A stretch of DNA of 64,000 nucleotides from Thalia democratica (taxonomy: Eukaryota), in the NCBI GenBank assembly GCA_965202585.1, contig CBDBBG010000262.1, positions 1 to 64,000 of the forward strand, written 5' to 3'. The notes below the pieces were generated by a model. It had not been told where the DNA came from. It did no database searches and was given only the letters and a program-made list of their open reading frames with translations. The translations under genes and the position numbers were made by a program. Within the stretch, counting starts at the first letter, position 1. Every line of letters starts with the position of its first letter. Shown here piece by piece: positions 14,601-29,600 of this stretch.

Positions 14601-17600
14601 TGGAAATGTCAATGACACTTGACAAACTTATTCAGATTAAACGAAGTTATTTTTGTTTGTCAATTAGTTATGTACCATAAGAGTTTTAGTTTGGAAAAAA
14701 TTAAATTTATAAAAAAATCCTAAACTGATTAGTCTTGTGTTGTTAAAATCTACCTTTCACAACTAAAAAAATAAACATGGTTTAATGACTTATATAATAA
14801 TAAAAGCAAACAAGCAAAAACTAAAAATATGTTGTTCTCACTTTGTCTTCTTTTTCAGGGGCGTAGGGGTTGACGTCCCTGTTGGAGGTTACCATGACAA
14901 CCTGGTACATTACAACGAGGCCCCTCACTTCGGTTACCATGTCGGGTATTTCCCATGAAATATTCACGTCAGTTGACGAAATTGGGTCGAGTTGAGGGGG
15001 AGGCATGAAGACTGGTTCTAATAAAAATATGTAATTGAATTTTATGAATTATTTAGATTACCAGTTATAACACAAGTTTTCAAGTTTGAAGTCATTAAAA
15101 ACCTATTGATTCATCAATTTATTTAGAAAAATTTAGCATGTAATTTAGGTATTTTAAGTTTAATCTGCTTACTTCTTATTCATAAAGCTTCTCTTGAATA
15201 AATATGAAAGTGCTTTATCAAAAATTATAAACAGTTATACGGTAGAAAACAGATTATTGTAAAACTATATAAACATTTAATAAAGTACACAAGTTATTAA
15301 AGTAAATTTAACTAAATTATAATTTTAAAAAACATTATTTTACCTCCTTCCAGGGTTCTGGCGGTGATCCAGTTGCTCCTCACCGACCCCAGGCTGTTCC
15401 AACTTGTAACGAGGAACTCGTACTCTGTAAACGGCACCAGATCCTCCACCGTGAAATTAGTCTGTGGGGGGTCCACGTGTCCCCTCTGACCGTATGGCGA
15501 ACGCGGGTTGAACGCCCCGTATGTTTCGAATATGACTTTCTGAAGCGGGTTGTTGGACCCTGTGTGGTCAGGTTTGCCACGCATCATCAGCTCGTACTGG
15601 ATTATTATACCTGAAATATAAATTTACGAATGCTGCTTTAATTTGGTTGATGTTTTTAAACTAAGTCTTAACTTCTAGTAGTTCAGAGCTCAAGTTAATA
15701 TTTAAAAAATCACGAAAAAAACTTAACTAATCTCAATATATTTTAGTGACTAATCTGGATATATTTTTGTTTGAAATGTTATCGTTTGTATTAATAAAAC
15801 ATATACTTTTACCCAATGATAGTACCTTGAATAAAGAATTAACTTGTTTGTGATTCATTTATATCTATATCATATTATTTTACTAGTTTAAAGAAATGTG
15901 AGTATAGTTAACATAAAACTAGCTTTAATAGCAAAGTTTTTTCAATAATTGCAACCTAATATTTACCATTAGCTCTCTCTGGTGGTTCCCATTCGACGTA
16001 CAGCGACGAGTTGGACAGCGCGGTGACGTTGGGGGGACACTGGTCGCTGGGGGCGTCCTCGGTCGTCATGGCAACCACTGGTTGGGAATCCCCGCACCCC
16101 CCACTCGTGCACGCCCTCAGCACGAACGTGTAGTTGGTGAAGGCGTTCAGCGTTTCTATGGTGACTCGCGTCTCCAATCCCCTGTAGTGCGTTGTGACGT
16201 CTTCAGTATATGGTGGGTCACTCGTTGTTGACTGTTGGGAAATAAATACTTTGTAACGTCTTTCAAAATGTTTTTTTTAATTTTTTTGACATACAAATAG
16301 TTTTTAAATTTAAACAACGTTTTGAATGAAGATAGTTAATTTCTTACGTCAGCAAGATATAAATTCATGTAAAGCTTGGAAAACAGTATTTATTATTGTT
16401 TTTTTGTTATATATATTTATTATATGGATTCTGAAATGCAACCTACAAGATTTAAAAGTTAAATTTACCTGTGGCTTTTATTTGCCGGTTATTTACCAAC
16501 ATATTAAGGTTTTAAATTTAAATAAACAATTTATTTGAACAAAAACAAGCCCAACCTGCAGCACGTAAGTTTCAATGGGTCCGTGCGCCACCTCGGGCTC
16601 GCCCCACTCGAAAACCCCCCTCTTGTTTGTGACGTCACTAACCAATAATGACGGCATCCCGGTGGGGATTCCCGCAAGAGTGCGCACCCTAGTGGACGGC
16701 GACTTGGTGTTTCCACCCTTGTTGCTGGTTTCCAGTAAGTAGGTATACTGGGTGTAGGGCAACAAGTGGGTGTCGTTGAAGTGGTTGTCTTGGTACGGTC
16801 TGTGGAAAAAAGTGTAAGGGTATTTAGTTATATTTTTTTATTTCTAGTTCATAAAATAAAAAATTGCTTTGAAACTGTTTCTCATATTAACAATACCTTT
16901 AGAATTTTGACTTTTATTTTTTTGAGTTTGTTACTTTCGTAATTATGTTTATACTTGTTATTGTAATAGTACACAGTAGATTGTAGCTTTAATAAACATG
17001 CACATCAAAAGCAATATACAACAGTGTTAAAACAATAAAGAACTTTTTTCAGTTGGTACCAAAGAACTTTACATTTTTATGATATTGTAACCAACCTAAA
17101 AAGAAACTTAAGTTAATAAAATAGTTTTCACTACAGATAAATTTCTTAAAATAAATAGTTAACAGGAAAAAGGTTTCCATTGAATATATTTCAACATATA
17201 TTAACTTATTTATCATAATTCGCACAAGAAAGCGCTACGGTAACTAGAAAACTGTTTGAGCAAATATAAAATACTTAAATAACTAATGAAGATTATTTAG
17301 AGATAAAACAGTTATTCAACTTTCTAAGTTTGAACTTAACGTTTAAAAGAAAATGGGTCAACTGAATACTTTGACTATTCAAAAACAAAAAAGTAGTAGA
17401 GTTAATTAGAAATTATCGAAGGAAAATTATCAAAATCCTAATGTAATAAAACAAGATTGTCAATAAGAAACTCATCCGAAATTTTCATTGAAAAACAGGT
17501 TTACAGTTTTGTTTTTTCAATAGTTAGAATGACCGAGTCAACTAAATTATATAGTGGTCATTTTATTCAACAAAAGTTAAATTCAAATTAAAATAAAAAA

Positions 17601-20600
17601 CAGTTCACGTTAAGCAAAAGATATTTGTCAACAAAATGTATAAGTTATTAGTTTAATTTTATTAGTTCAAAAATAGTACACAAATATACGTCACATATAA
17701 TCAAATCTGCTTAAAAAGAATAAAACCGATGAAATTGAATACATATGAAAGACATATCAAAGCAGTAGTTATCTTACATCTTCAAAGCTGAGTATAGTAA
17801 AAAAGCATAAAAAAACATTCGGTAATATATAACGTAAACATTTTTTTTAGTTCATTTTAAAATAATAGACTTTTAAGAATATCTGGAACGTAGTCTGTAA
17901 AAGCAAAAAAAAAATAAGTAAAACTCTGTGCACAAAAAATTTATACGCATAATACAAAGAATTTTTAAAAAACTTTATTACTATGACAGTAGAAAAAAGT
18001 AAAAAAAAAAAATAAAGTTTTGTTTAGTATGAGAAATTATAGAACAATGACACTTTTTGTTGACGAAGCATTCAACATACAGCCATTAAAAATGCACGAA
18101 AAGTTTTATAAAAGAGAAGTTTGAATTATTGATAACTGTTGTCGTAATTGACGATCAGCTGTGTAAAAGAAATTAGGTTGTCACAAATAACTCTAATTGC
18201 GACGCACTTGCGAAAAAGGTAATTGATCACGTACCGACGACAATTATGACGTAATAAGTACTTCTGATGTATAATGCACGATGCATTTGAAGTGAAACAT
18301 GTCAAAAAATATAATCGTTAAGAGTTTTATTCAACTTAAAATTTTCTTCTTAAAATTGTAAGAACTTCATTTTGTACGTTTTGTAAAAATAATAAATTCG
18401 ACAAAACTAGACAAAAACTTTTGAAACAGTTTATTAAAGAGTCGATAAAATCGAAACTTAAGTAACATTACAAGTATATTTAAGTTTAAAACAAAAAAAG
18501 TTTTAAGTGCAATTTTTAAGTTATTTTATGTGTTTGCTTAAAAAAATAAACTAGAACTTAATATAATACATTTAATATTTGTTGTGAACGACAAACTTAC
18601 TGAGGCTTTTAAGTACTTGAAATAAATTGATTAAGCTGAAGTATGTATTGTTTTCAGCAAATTAAGTTCTCTATAAAGGTATTTCTCTTTACAGTTGTAA
18701 TTAACAAATGAATTGAAAATTGTTATTAAATTAACTGTTTGAAAAAATGTTTGAGTTATTAAAGTATGTTCGTAGAATTTGTTTTACTAATGAAATTTTA
18801 GGCTAGCTAATAAGTTTTCCTAACTTTTTTATTATACTTCAATGAAAAGTAGACAATAAAAGTTTTTTTTAAATGCATTTTTAAATGCTTTAATAAGATT
18901 TATTTTGTTCTAATAATAAAGTATTCTAAGTTAAATCTAAACTTTAGTAGAATATCTTTCAAAATATTAAGTTAAATCTACAAAAACAAATGTATATTAA
19001 AACATTCTATATCTAAATTGAACGATTTTGTTCACAAAATTATTTTATCAACTGGAAAATTTTATTTTACAAAAAAACTACTTGAGAAGCTGAATAGATC
19101 TAATTATAATAACTTGTTTCTAACTTTAAATATTCAAATATGATTTAAATACAATATAAAAAAAAGGTAAGTTAAAAGACATTTGCTAACAAACTAACAT
19201 ACAACAAACATGCATTTATGCAGCCTTGAGCGACAATCAGCCCAAAACTAACTTTTTATCCGGCATATTACGACGTATCCGTCTATGCCAGTACCTAATC
19301 ACTCTACGTTTGCTAAAATGCATTTTATTATTACACAATTTTTATGCAAATTAATGAAAAACGCTGATTATGACTTATAAAATATTACCCATTTTTGTTT
19401 AGTATAATTTACCAACTTTAAAGAAAATGAAGTTTGTCTATTTTTATAACTAGCTTTAAGTGTTAAATAATAAACTGTAGCATTTTTATAAGAATTAGAA
19501 CAAACTGTGTTTTTAAAAAACATAAAGTTTCCAACTTAAAATATGTAGATTTATTTTTTGTAATCTTTTTTTGTCATTTCCAGCAAACTAACAAAATTAA
19601 TTCAATGTTTGACTTAATGCTTCATTAAGACGTCATCTATGCTATGACGTCATAATGAAACATTGAGCTTGCTTGTGGTGACATTTTGCAACCACGTGTT
19701 AATTTTTACAAGGCATATAAATGAAGCACAAAAATGTCACCACATCAATCACAAGCCACTCAATTCTATTTATTGACCTCAGCGTTTTAAATAGTAAACA
19801 AAAAATTAAAGACAAAAAGTTTTCCAAAAGAAAAATAAAACAAACGTGTGTAAATATTAAAAAAAAACTGCAAAACAACTTTATTTCAACATTAAAAAAA
19901 GCACATAAAAATTTCGCGTGAGGTCAATAAACAGTTTATTCAAACAATGCAACTAATCGAATACTATGACGTCACACTTACTCGGTGTCGTTGACTTGGT
20001 AGATGATCTTGTCATCCCTCATCAGTTTGTATGAAAGCTGATCCCCGTTGGGAAGATCGGGTGGTAGCCACATCAGTTCAACCCAGCTTTGCGTGAAGTT
20101 CACCTGGAAATAAAACCTTAGTTAAAGTGTTTAAGTTAAAAGTGTAATGAGATCTATTAGGCGTAAATAGGTAATGAAAGTTTTTTAAAAAGTTTAAAAA
20201 GCAAAACAAATGTTAACACCTTTAAACATATGCTTTGGTAATAACCCTAACCAGAAACTTGTATTTACTATTGTTTTTAAATTTAAAGGTTTTAATTAAA
20301 AGTATTTGAAAAAGTTAATACTAAGTATAAGACTTAGTATTGCTAAAGCAGTAAAACTTAACTTTACAATAGTAATACACTAATTTATGACTTAAACACG
20401 ATTAAAGTTTGAGATATAACTCAATTTTAACAACATGTTTCTCTTTTTCCATTTAACTAACTTAATTACCAACAACATTTACTTAGTTTTTGTATACTGA
20501 ACATAACTATTTACTAACAACAGTGGGTGCGGGTTGTTGTTGGGGATGCGAGTAACAACCGAGCGGGTTTGAAGCAGTCAAAAAACTCGATCCTTTCTTA

Positions 20601-23600
20601 CATTTGCTGCATTTCCTACCCACCACATTTCCCTTGCACTCACACTTGCCTGTTTGTGAGTTTAGAAAAGATGAATATTTTAATTATAGACACTTTTGTT
20701 AACTTTGAGCCCTAAATATTTAGTTTTATGCATTACAACCTTTACAACTTCATTTTTGTTTTGTATCTTCAAGTTTTGTTATAAAAAAAGATAAAAACAT
20801 TTGAGTAAAATAATACATAATTAAGAAGATAATACTTACAGCTTGGTACTGGTTCAATGTTAATTTATGTAAAAGCTTTTAGTCTAAACTAAAATAACCA
20901 AGCTTGTAAACTCTTAATAAAAAACACCTTATATATGTACTAACTTAATTAGCTAGTAGCATACTTACTTATATAATTTATTGTTTTTATTTATTTTAAT
21001 ATATATTATTTGTATTTACCTGTAACAGTATCACACTGAGTAGATTTGCTTCCGGCTTCATTGCATTCACACTTCTCACAAGTTCCAAACAATTGATGGA
21101 AACTAAAGAATGAAGGTTTGCACTCATCACATCTCCTACCTGTTACTCCTGTTAATATTTTTTTTTTATAGTATAAAAAAAATATAAAATTCAAAATATG
21201 TTTTTAATAAAAAAAGGTTTGCACTTGTCACATCTCCTTTTTTACTACTGTAAAAAATATGTGGTCATTAAAAAAGATTAATAGATCTTTAATATTGTTC
21301 GTTTGCTAAATATTAAAGTTTTAGTTTATATCCTGCTAGTTGCTCCTTTTGTAAACAAGAAAACTTTTTTTTAATCTATCAAATCTCCTTTCAGTTACTC
21401 CTGTTATAATAAACACGTATCATTAACAGTAAACCCCTGTTTTTATATAAGAAAATAATTATAAGTAGTAAAAATATGCTTTAAATAAAATGAAATTTTG
21501 CACTCGTTACATCTCCTATTTGTTACTCCTGTTGCAAACAAGATGTGAACTGTCAAAACCTTTTGCATTGTTTTAAGCATTTATAAAAACAACAAGCATT
21601 TAAAAGTAACTCCTGCAATTACCAACTGTTCCTGTTATAAACAGAATGATTGCTAAATCTTATGTATAGTTTGTATAACAAGTTGTTCAAAAATAAATTT
21701 TATGTAAGTTCCGATGACGTTTTATTGCAAATATATTTTCAAAGCAAGACAAGTTTGTTCTATAAAATTAACTTATATGTAACTATAGTAACATACACTA
21801 TAATATGAATACAAACAAACATTTCAAGTAAAAACAAAATACTTTTAAACTATCTGCAATCGATATCGCTAACCAATTTGTACAAAGTCTACGCTCACTA
21901 ATAAAACGTTCAATCGTTAATAAATTTACTTCAATTATATAAGCAGTATATTTACCAACCAGCGCCTGTATCCTCGGGTTTACAGGGACACTGACCCGAA
22001 ACGGGATCACACTTCTGATTGAGGCTTCCCGCTTCGTGACAATCACAAGTCAGACATCCCGACTCGTTCTTCGGTGGCAAGTAGAACCCTATTTAATAAT
22101 TTACAGACCAACAAGTTGCAGTAAAAGTTGTTATACAAAACAAACTATTATACACAATATTATGCTGCAATATTATTAAACACTATTTAGATTTTGCGAG
22201 CACATTTAACTGTTACATTTAAAGAATACTTTTAATATCATACTACATACTGTTAAGACAAACCTTCAGAGCACATGTCGCACCTTCTGCCTTCTCTGCT
22301 CGGTAGGCAAGCGCATTGACCTTTGTTAGAATCACAAACGAGTTCATGAGGCGCCAGTTGGTCGCCCAATGCTGTTCCTGTAATAAAAATTATTTGGTTG
22401 TTACAAGTTGAGCTACGAAGTCATTTAATTTGAGAAGTTTACAACTTCTACTTTCATCTGAAAAATCACAAACCTTTAGGGTCGCAGTTGCACGGTTCGC
22501 ACCCGTCCGGGTTCTTCACCCGCAAACCAAACGTGTTGCCCCTGCACAGGTTGCACGTCCTCCCTGTCACGTGGTGCTTGCACGTGCACTGACCTGTGAC
22601 GTCACAAAGTGCTGACTGGTTCACCGAACCACGCTTGTCGCAACCGCACGGCTCGCAACCCTGTTTGATAAAAATTCATGTCAGGTTATTAAAAAACAAA
22701 ATTTGGTAAAAATTACTTTTGGTTTTTTATTTTTATTTTTTAATGGTTTAAACACCGTATAATTTTTTCAAAATTGTCATATCATACCGCAATGATGCAT
22801 TTTAAAAGTTTTTCAGACGTTTTACGGAAAAAGTATTAATTTTTAATTTTTTTCAAGCTGTTCTGATGATCTAACCAATTCGTTATCAAGTTGCAGATTG
22901 TAGAACGTGTCCTTGCACAAGCTGCAGTCCCTCCCCATTGTGTTCGACTTGCACACGCACTGACCCGTTTCCTTGTCGCAGTGCGTGCCCGGCACAGTCC
23001 CTGCCTCGTTGCACTCACAAGCCCTGCATCCGTCATCTGCGAGACCGTAGAACCCGTTCATACACTCGTCGCATAGCATACCTTGGATGGGTAAAATTAT
23101 TTAAGATATCAAGTTTATTCAATTTAGTTTTTTATACGTTTTTGCTTAATAAAGCTGAAATAAAAAAAAAACTTTGTTTAAGGTACTTTTAAACTTTTTA
23201 GCTAAAATAATATTAAGTTGTAGTTGATATAAATCTGTAGGTTTAAAATTAAGAGTCTACAAGCAACACAAACAAGATTCTAAAAAGATATTTTAATCAA
23301 GCAAACTATTTCAATTATTAACAATTTGTTTATTCAAAATAAGCGAAAAATATAATACAAAAGCTTCAAACCTTCGACATTCTCCTTGCACAAGCACTGC
23401 CCATCATTAGGGTTACAGTACGGATCAATCGACCCTGTGATGTCACAGAGACATTCCTGGCACCCGTCGTCGTTGGCGTCATCGAGCAGCTTGAAACCTG
23501 GTTTGCACTCGTCACACTTGAGTGATTTCACGTTCAATTTGCACAAGCACTGACCTGATTTCTGTGGTTAAATGTATCATGAAATTTTTGGAAAAACTAA

Positions 23601-26600
23601 AAGTTGTAATGCGAGGTGAGCACTATGTGTTTAGTTATGAAAGTTTTTTTATATAACACAGTATACACTATTTTTTGAAACAATTAGTTTATATTAGGTA
23701 ATGATTTTTTAAAAAACTAGTTTCTACTATTTTTTTTACATTCATTCTATTAATTGCACTCATTAAACTTTCACGTTTAACTTACACTCACACTGACGAC
23801 TGTGTTAAAAATTTAAAAGTACTTTTGAAAGACTAAAGTTAATATCTTAGGTACTACTTAGGCACTGTATGTTTTCAAATATGTAATTAGTTTTACATGT
23901 CAAAAACTACAAAATTTTGCAGACATATCTCTCTCTCTCTCTTGCACTGTGTTATGTATTTAACGTATTTAATTGAATATGTTTTAGAAAAGTTGACTTT
24001 TTATTTGAAGGTAGCACTATTTCTTAAAAGATGAGTTATACTACACATCATAATTAAAATAATTTATAAATAGGTATGCTTTTGTCTTACATATTCACCT
24101 TTAATAAAAAGTAGTTTTTTTTTTCAAACTGTAAGTACTAAAGCACAGAACTTTATAATGTTTCTTAAAAAAAAAACAGCACTGTTTTTTAAAAAACTTT
24201 TTGAAGAAGTTGTTTATAAACATTATTATCAACAGATTACGGGATTACGAGTGAGATTGCTGGTTCGATTAAATTGAACAAGAATACACAAGCATTAAAA
24301 CAATATCTAAATACTTTATGGCAAATTTTTAATACAGACCTTTGATCAAAATAAGCATAATTAAATAATACTAAATAAAATACAGTTTTATGTCGGAATT
24401 AACAAACAAGGGTCACAAATAAAACGTTGTTTTTTTTTTTGATTTGCTTAGATCGCACTAGCGTTAAAACAATATTTTAGTTTTTTTTTACGCAAAGTTT
24501 TAATATTTAATTCTGAAAATATTTTTAAAATTGAAAACCTTTAATCGAAATATTTAATTTTAAAAGCTCAACTTAGCAAATCATTTACTCTTAAACTATA
24601 CGGTTTTTTATAATAATAGTGAAGAGTAAAAACTCTTTTTCTTCTTACGCTTAGATCGAACAACTTTTCTAGTAATGTTTAAATATTTTATAACGCAAGG
24701 TTTTAAAAAAAAACATACTCCAAAACAAAAATAATCTAAAAGCACAACTTAATATTTCAAAAAATAACACACAACACTATTTTATTTAGTCACCAACGTA
24801 CCGCATCACAAGTGATAGTTCTGTTTCTAGTTCCCCTCAGATCGCACAAGCATTCCTCACACCCATCATCATTAGTTTTTGTTAAATTGAAATACCCGTC
24901 TATGCACTGGTTGCACCTTCTCGATTGCACTTTCGGTTTGCAATCGCACTGACCGTCGATCTGAATGAAATTGTATATAAAAGCTTTGATAAATGTGTTT
25001 TTAATAAATAATTTAAACAGAATATAGTTAAATGACGTTGATTTAAAACTTTACTTTAAACTAAGACTAACAGAAAAAGTTTAAGTATTTTAATAAATTA
25101 CAACTTTTTATTAAAGCAGCTTTTAGCTAACTTTTACAAAATTAAAAGTTGTTATTTCTCTAAAGCCTGTTAGACTTTAAAGTAGTTGGAATTTTGATAC
25201 TAATATTTTATGTACAAATCTGCACCTACCTTTTCACAATCAGTTGTCGCATTCACTGTTCCTGCCCTGGCGCACAAACACTTCTTGCAAACTTTAGGGT
25301 CGTCCAGGGCTTTTGTGGATGGGCGGTAGAAATTCTTTTTGCACCGTTCACAAAACCTTCCTGTAAATGTAAGTCATATGTTTGTACAACGAATGCTGAT
25401 TGCTTAATAACGATTATACTTCAATATGCTCTGTCTAAAGTTTAGACTCTAAACTGTGTATAAAATTCAACAACGTTTTAGATCTTTTGGTTTACTACAC
25501 AATTCCCCAAGTAATCGTTAAACTGAATTGTAATAACAATGAAGCTTAATCTAACCACAAAAATGTTCATAAAAAGACGTAGAGTTTGTACCACAATGAA
25601 AATTGAAATATTAAATTTAATAGCATAGTAGTAATAATTTGAAGGCTTTTAAAGTGAATTTAACATGAAAGCTGACAAAATGGTCTGAATTAGTTTACGC
25701 AAAAATACTACAAAGTGCATAAAAAGCTTTTATTATTTAAGCAAAACATAATTGAAATAGTTTTAATTAAAAAGCAACACAGCTGCTTACAAGTATCAAT
25801 TTTAATAACCGAACGCTTTTTCAATCAACTGGTTTAAGTATTTTTAACAGTTTTGAATTTAAATATTTGAATCTATTTGATACTTTAAACCTTTCAGTGC
25901 AACTTAAAAGCAACACAATTACTCTTAATTATTTTTAACGTTAACCAGTTGTCTGATGCTTGCAGTCGTCGCATACGCCCCCTCCCCCCACGAAGTGATC
26001 ATCAGCGTTTTCGTCTACTGTGACGTCATAATGACACGAATCGGCGTGCTTGTTGCATTCGCACTTCTTACAGTTGTATATGTTTTCGTAATCGTTCATG
26101 CGAAACGGCTTGTCGTTGTACAAAGGCTGGCACCTTTCACACTAGATTTTGTTTTTAATACTTTATTGTTGTTAAAGAACTATTTTAGTTTTTACAAATG
26201 TTTATTTTTCTAAACATCATCAAATGTTACTAAAGAGGCTAGCACTTTTAACACTGAAAAATTGTTATTAGTTTTTGGTTTAAACTAACGAACATCCTTT
26301 TAACTGCAACAAACTTATTTGTAACTATTTTTTTTTATTATCAAAAAATATTTTTTGAAAACCTTATAAATTCTTTATGTTTAGTAATATAAAGTTATAA
26401 ACATGTTAACATTACTTTATCAAAAAAAAACTTGGTTTGAAAGTAGTAGATTCTTTAATTAATACTTAAGTTTTGACTTACTAAACTAAATTAAACAACG
26501 AATATACATAATTTAGTTAACAACAATTAAAAGCAGCGGCTTTAAAAAATAATAAAGCACCTTACTTTTACGTTTTGTTCTTAAGCTTAATCTACCATAC

Positions 26601-29600
26601 TTATACTTAAAATGTACAGCACATATGTACTGTTACATACCTGGTAACCCTCGGTAAAACTTTTAGGGTCGCATCCGCACTGGTAAGGGTTCATCTCAAC
26701 ATCGCAACTCTTGGCGTGCCCGTTACAAAAACATCTACAAAAATAAATTTATATGAAGTAGAGAAGAAAGAAAAATGTGTTGTATTAAGTTACATAAAGG
26801 TTTTATTTAGAATATGTTAAGCTTATTTTCCATTGTGACTAAAATACCACCTCAACAGAGTTTTCTTGTCAAATAAGGAATGTTATTAACTAGACAATCT
26901 TGAGTCAAGTGGTTGTGTTTTCTTTCTTTTTACTCTTAATTTATTAACGAAAAATGTATGAACATTAAAAAAAAAGGAAATCAATAACAACAGATCAATT
27001 AAAAATAAACTTAACATTTTTGGTGCTATGGCAACCCTGTATTTAGAGTAATAGAAAATACCAGACTATATTGAAAAAAAAAAGTATTCTATAGTTAAAA
27101 TGCGCGAAATAACCTTCCCATGATTTTGACTTCCTTCACTGCGTAGTATTTATGACCAGCTTGAGTATCGGATGCGGTGGTGAAATATTGTTCTCTGAAG
27201 AACAATGCTATCTGTGATAAATAAATTCGTGAAGTATTACTCTGACTTTTATTTAAAACTGATAGGTTCTTAATAAAGCGAACTCATTTGTAAAAGCAGC
27301 TAAGTAACCAAAGTGCTAAAGTCATTGTTAATTATACAACAACAAAAGTAATACCTAAAACACACAAAAGTACCATCCTCAAATAACTTAATTACTTAGT
27401 TCATTTTGATATGTACGAGGTTATTTACTGTTTAGTAAGTTTTTATGAAACGTTTCAATGAACACCAAAAAATCTTTTTACAATAAAGCCAGTTTAATTT
27501 ATTGTAAGAGAGGTACTTCACCTTTTTAGCCCTCATAAAAAGCATGAGGTCCTTGTTTCCGAATACGTCATCAGCCCCGGGCCTTCCGTTGGGCTCGGCA
27601 GGCAGCATTGAAAACGTCACGACACTCCCCTTTGCCGGTATGTGCTCCTGACTGTTAATAAAGGTGCACGTTTTGAATACTAAACTTTTATCATCACAAC
27701 TTCATTTACGTATATAATAGTTAAAATTTCTTATTACGACTGTAGGCGAATTAATATAAACTAGGAATTACAAAAATAGGCGCTTTTAGTTGTTATGAGG
27801 CAATAACTAGTAAGTAGACGAAAATTAAAATGGGGTATTTTTTTTTATTACTACTTAAGTATCAGTTATTAATTTATACTTTTTTATTTTAGTTTTTCTC
27901 ACCCTGGAAACTGCTGGCACTGAACTTCGGTTGGCGACGTGAGAGTCTGGTTCGCCTCCTTCATGAACCTCCCCACGCAGTCCAACGAAAACTCCTGCCA
28001 TTTCTCCTTGCCGTCGGTTGAAAGCGAGTATCGCTCGATGGTGACATCCAGCGGGAGAGCGTTGTAAAACTCCACGCTGACGTGGTAGATCTGTGGGTGA
28101 CGTAATAAGTGTGTTATGCCGTAATAAACTGTTTTTCATAACTTATTTGTTTGCATTATTGTTTAAAAAGCATGCTATGTAAAAATTATTTTCTTCTTGA
28201 TAAAACTTAGGTCATTAGAACTCAAAGGTTTGATCGAAGCAGCAAAAAAGTTTAAAAGAACAAAAAAGTTTACAAAACAGCAACAACTTTTAATTTTTTC
28301 AAAATTCAACTTATAGCTTTTACAAAAATAAAATTTGTTCAAACAATTTTTCTGCGAATTTAAATATGATAATTATCCTGCAAACAAACCTCGTACTCTC
28401 CGTTGTGAAGGTCGATGTTTATCGCCAACCCTCCTATCTGGTACACGTTTGTTGAGGATATCCACGCGGTGTCGCTGTCTCCGTCGTTTATGAACTCCTT
28501 GGGGTGAGCTTTCTCGTTCAGACGGCTCACCCTGTCCTCAGTCGTGTCCGAGACACCGTTCTGTATGCAGAACCTGAAAAACATGATTTGTCACAAAACT
28601 GTCTAAGGCTTGTCTAGGATGGCCATATTTTTTCTGTATTTAAAATAAAGCTTACATTGAGCTTTTGTTTGTGTAAGAATAGTATGCAACTACAGGAAAT
28701 ATGTCTACAAACTTAAGCTTATAAAATGCAGTTGTTATCCAAATAAACAGTTAATGTCTAAAATTAAAGTGCAAAACACAGTTAAAAAGCATAAGCTCTT
28801 AATAACAGTTTAAAGATAAGTTTTCTTTTCTAATATTCTTTCAACTTGAAACCTTTCTTCAATCGGGTGAACCCTGGGCGCTTCGGGCGGGCACAAGCAA
28901 TGAGAAAGCGTTCTCAACTCTGGGAAAGTACCGGTAGCGATCTCGTGGATTTCCCGGTTGGTCAGCGCCTCTTTGTACCACCTGACCTGCTGGATCATTC
29001 CAAGGAACTGAACCGGGTTCTCTTTGCGCGACACTAAAGATTTTTTATCTTTGAAAACCATTTAGTTAAAGTACTTCATCTTAATTAGCTTTTGTAAAGC
29101 AATAGCAGCTACAACTTCAAGTTTTTATAATTTTTATTAGTGTAATTCATCTTGAAAAAAAAACTATCATTTAAACAACAGTTACAAGTTCATATGTTTC
29201 ATGCATACTCTAAACTAAACATTACAGTTCTAAGACTACTCTACTTCAAATTAAAAAGCAGCTAGATGAAAATTAAAATGTTAAATTTTTGTGTTATTTG
29301 TTTAGAATTTCTACCTTGCCCCGGAAGCGGATTGACCCCTTGAGGGGATATAACGTTCGCGTTTTCTATTCCTTCAAGAGTGTTTACTTCGTAAGGCCTA
29401 GTGAATTGCAAGTTTGTCTGCGAAGCTTCTTTACTTTTCTTTTCCGCTACAATGTTGTTATTTTTGTAGAGACTTTAGAAATTGAATGACAAAGCAGCGG
29501 GAAACAAAGCTTGAGGTCAATCAGAGGCACAGAGACAAAACAGAAATGAAACTCAGCACAGATTTTTAAGCCAAATTTTTGCTTTTCCAAAACTTCAGAG

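Noticed and set aside
6532-26213. Plus-strand ORFs overlapping usherin exons (6532, 12293, 12504, 12891, 22430, 22891, 22938, 25194, 25956)
   Set aside because: Antisense shadows of GC-rich coding exons
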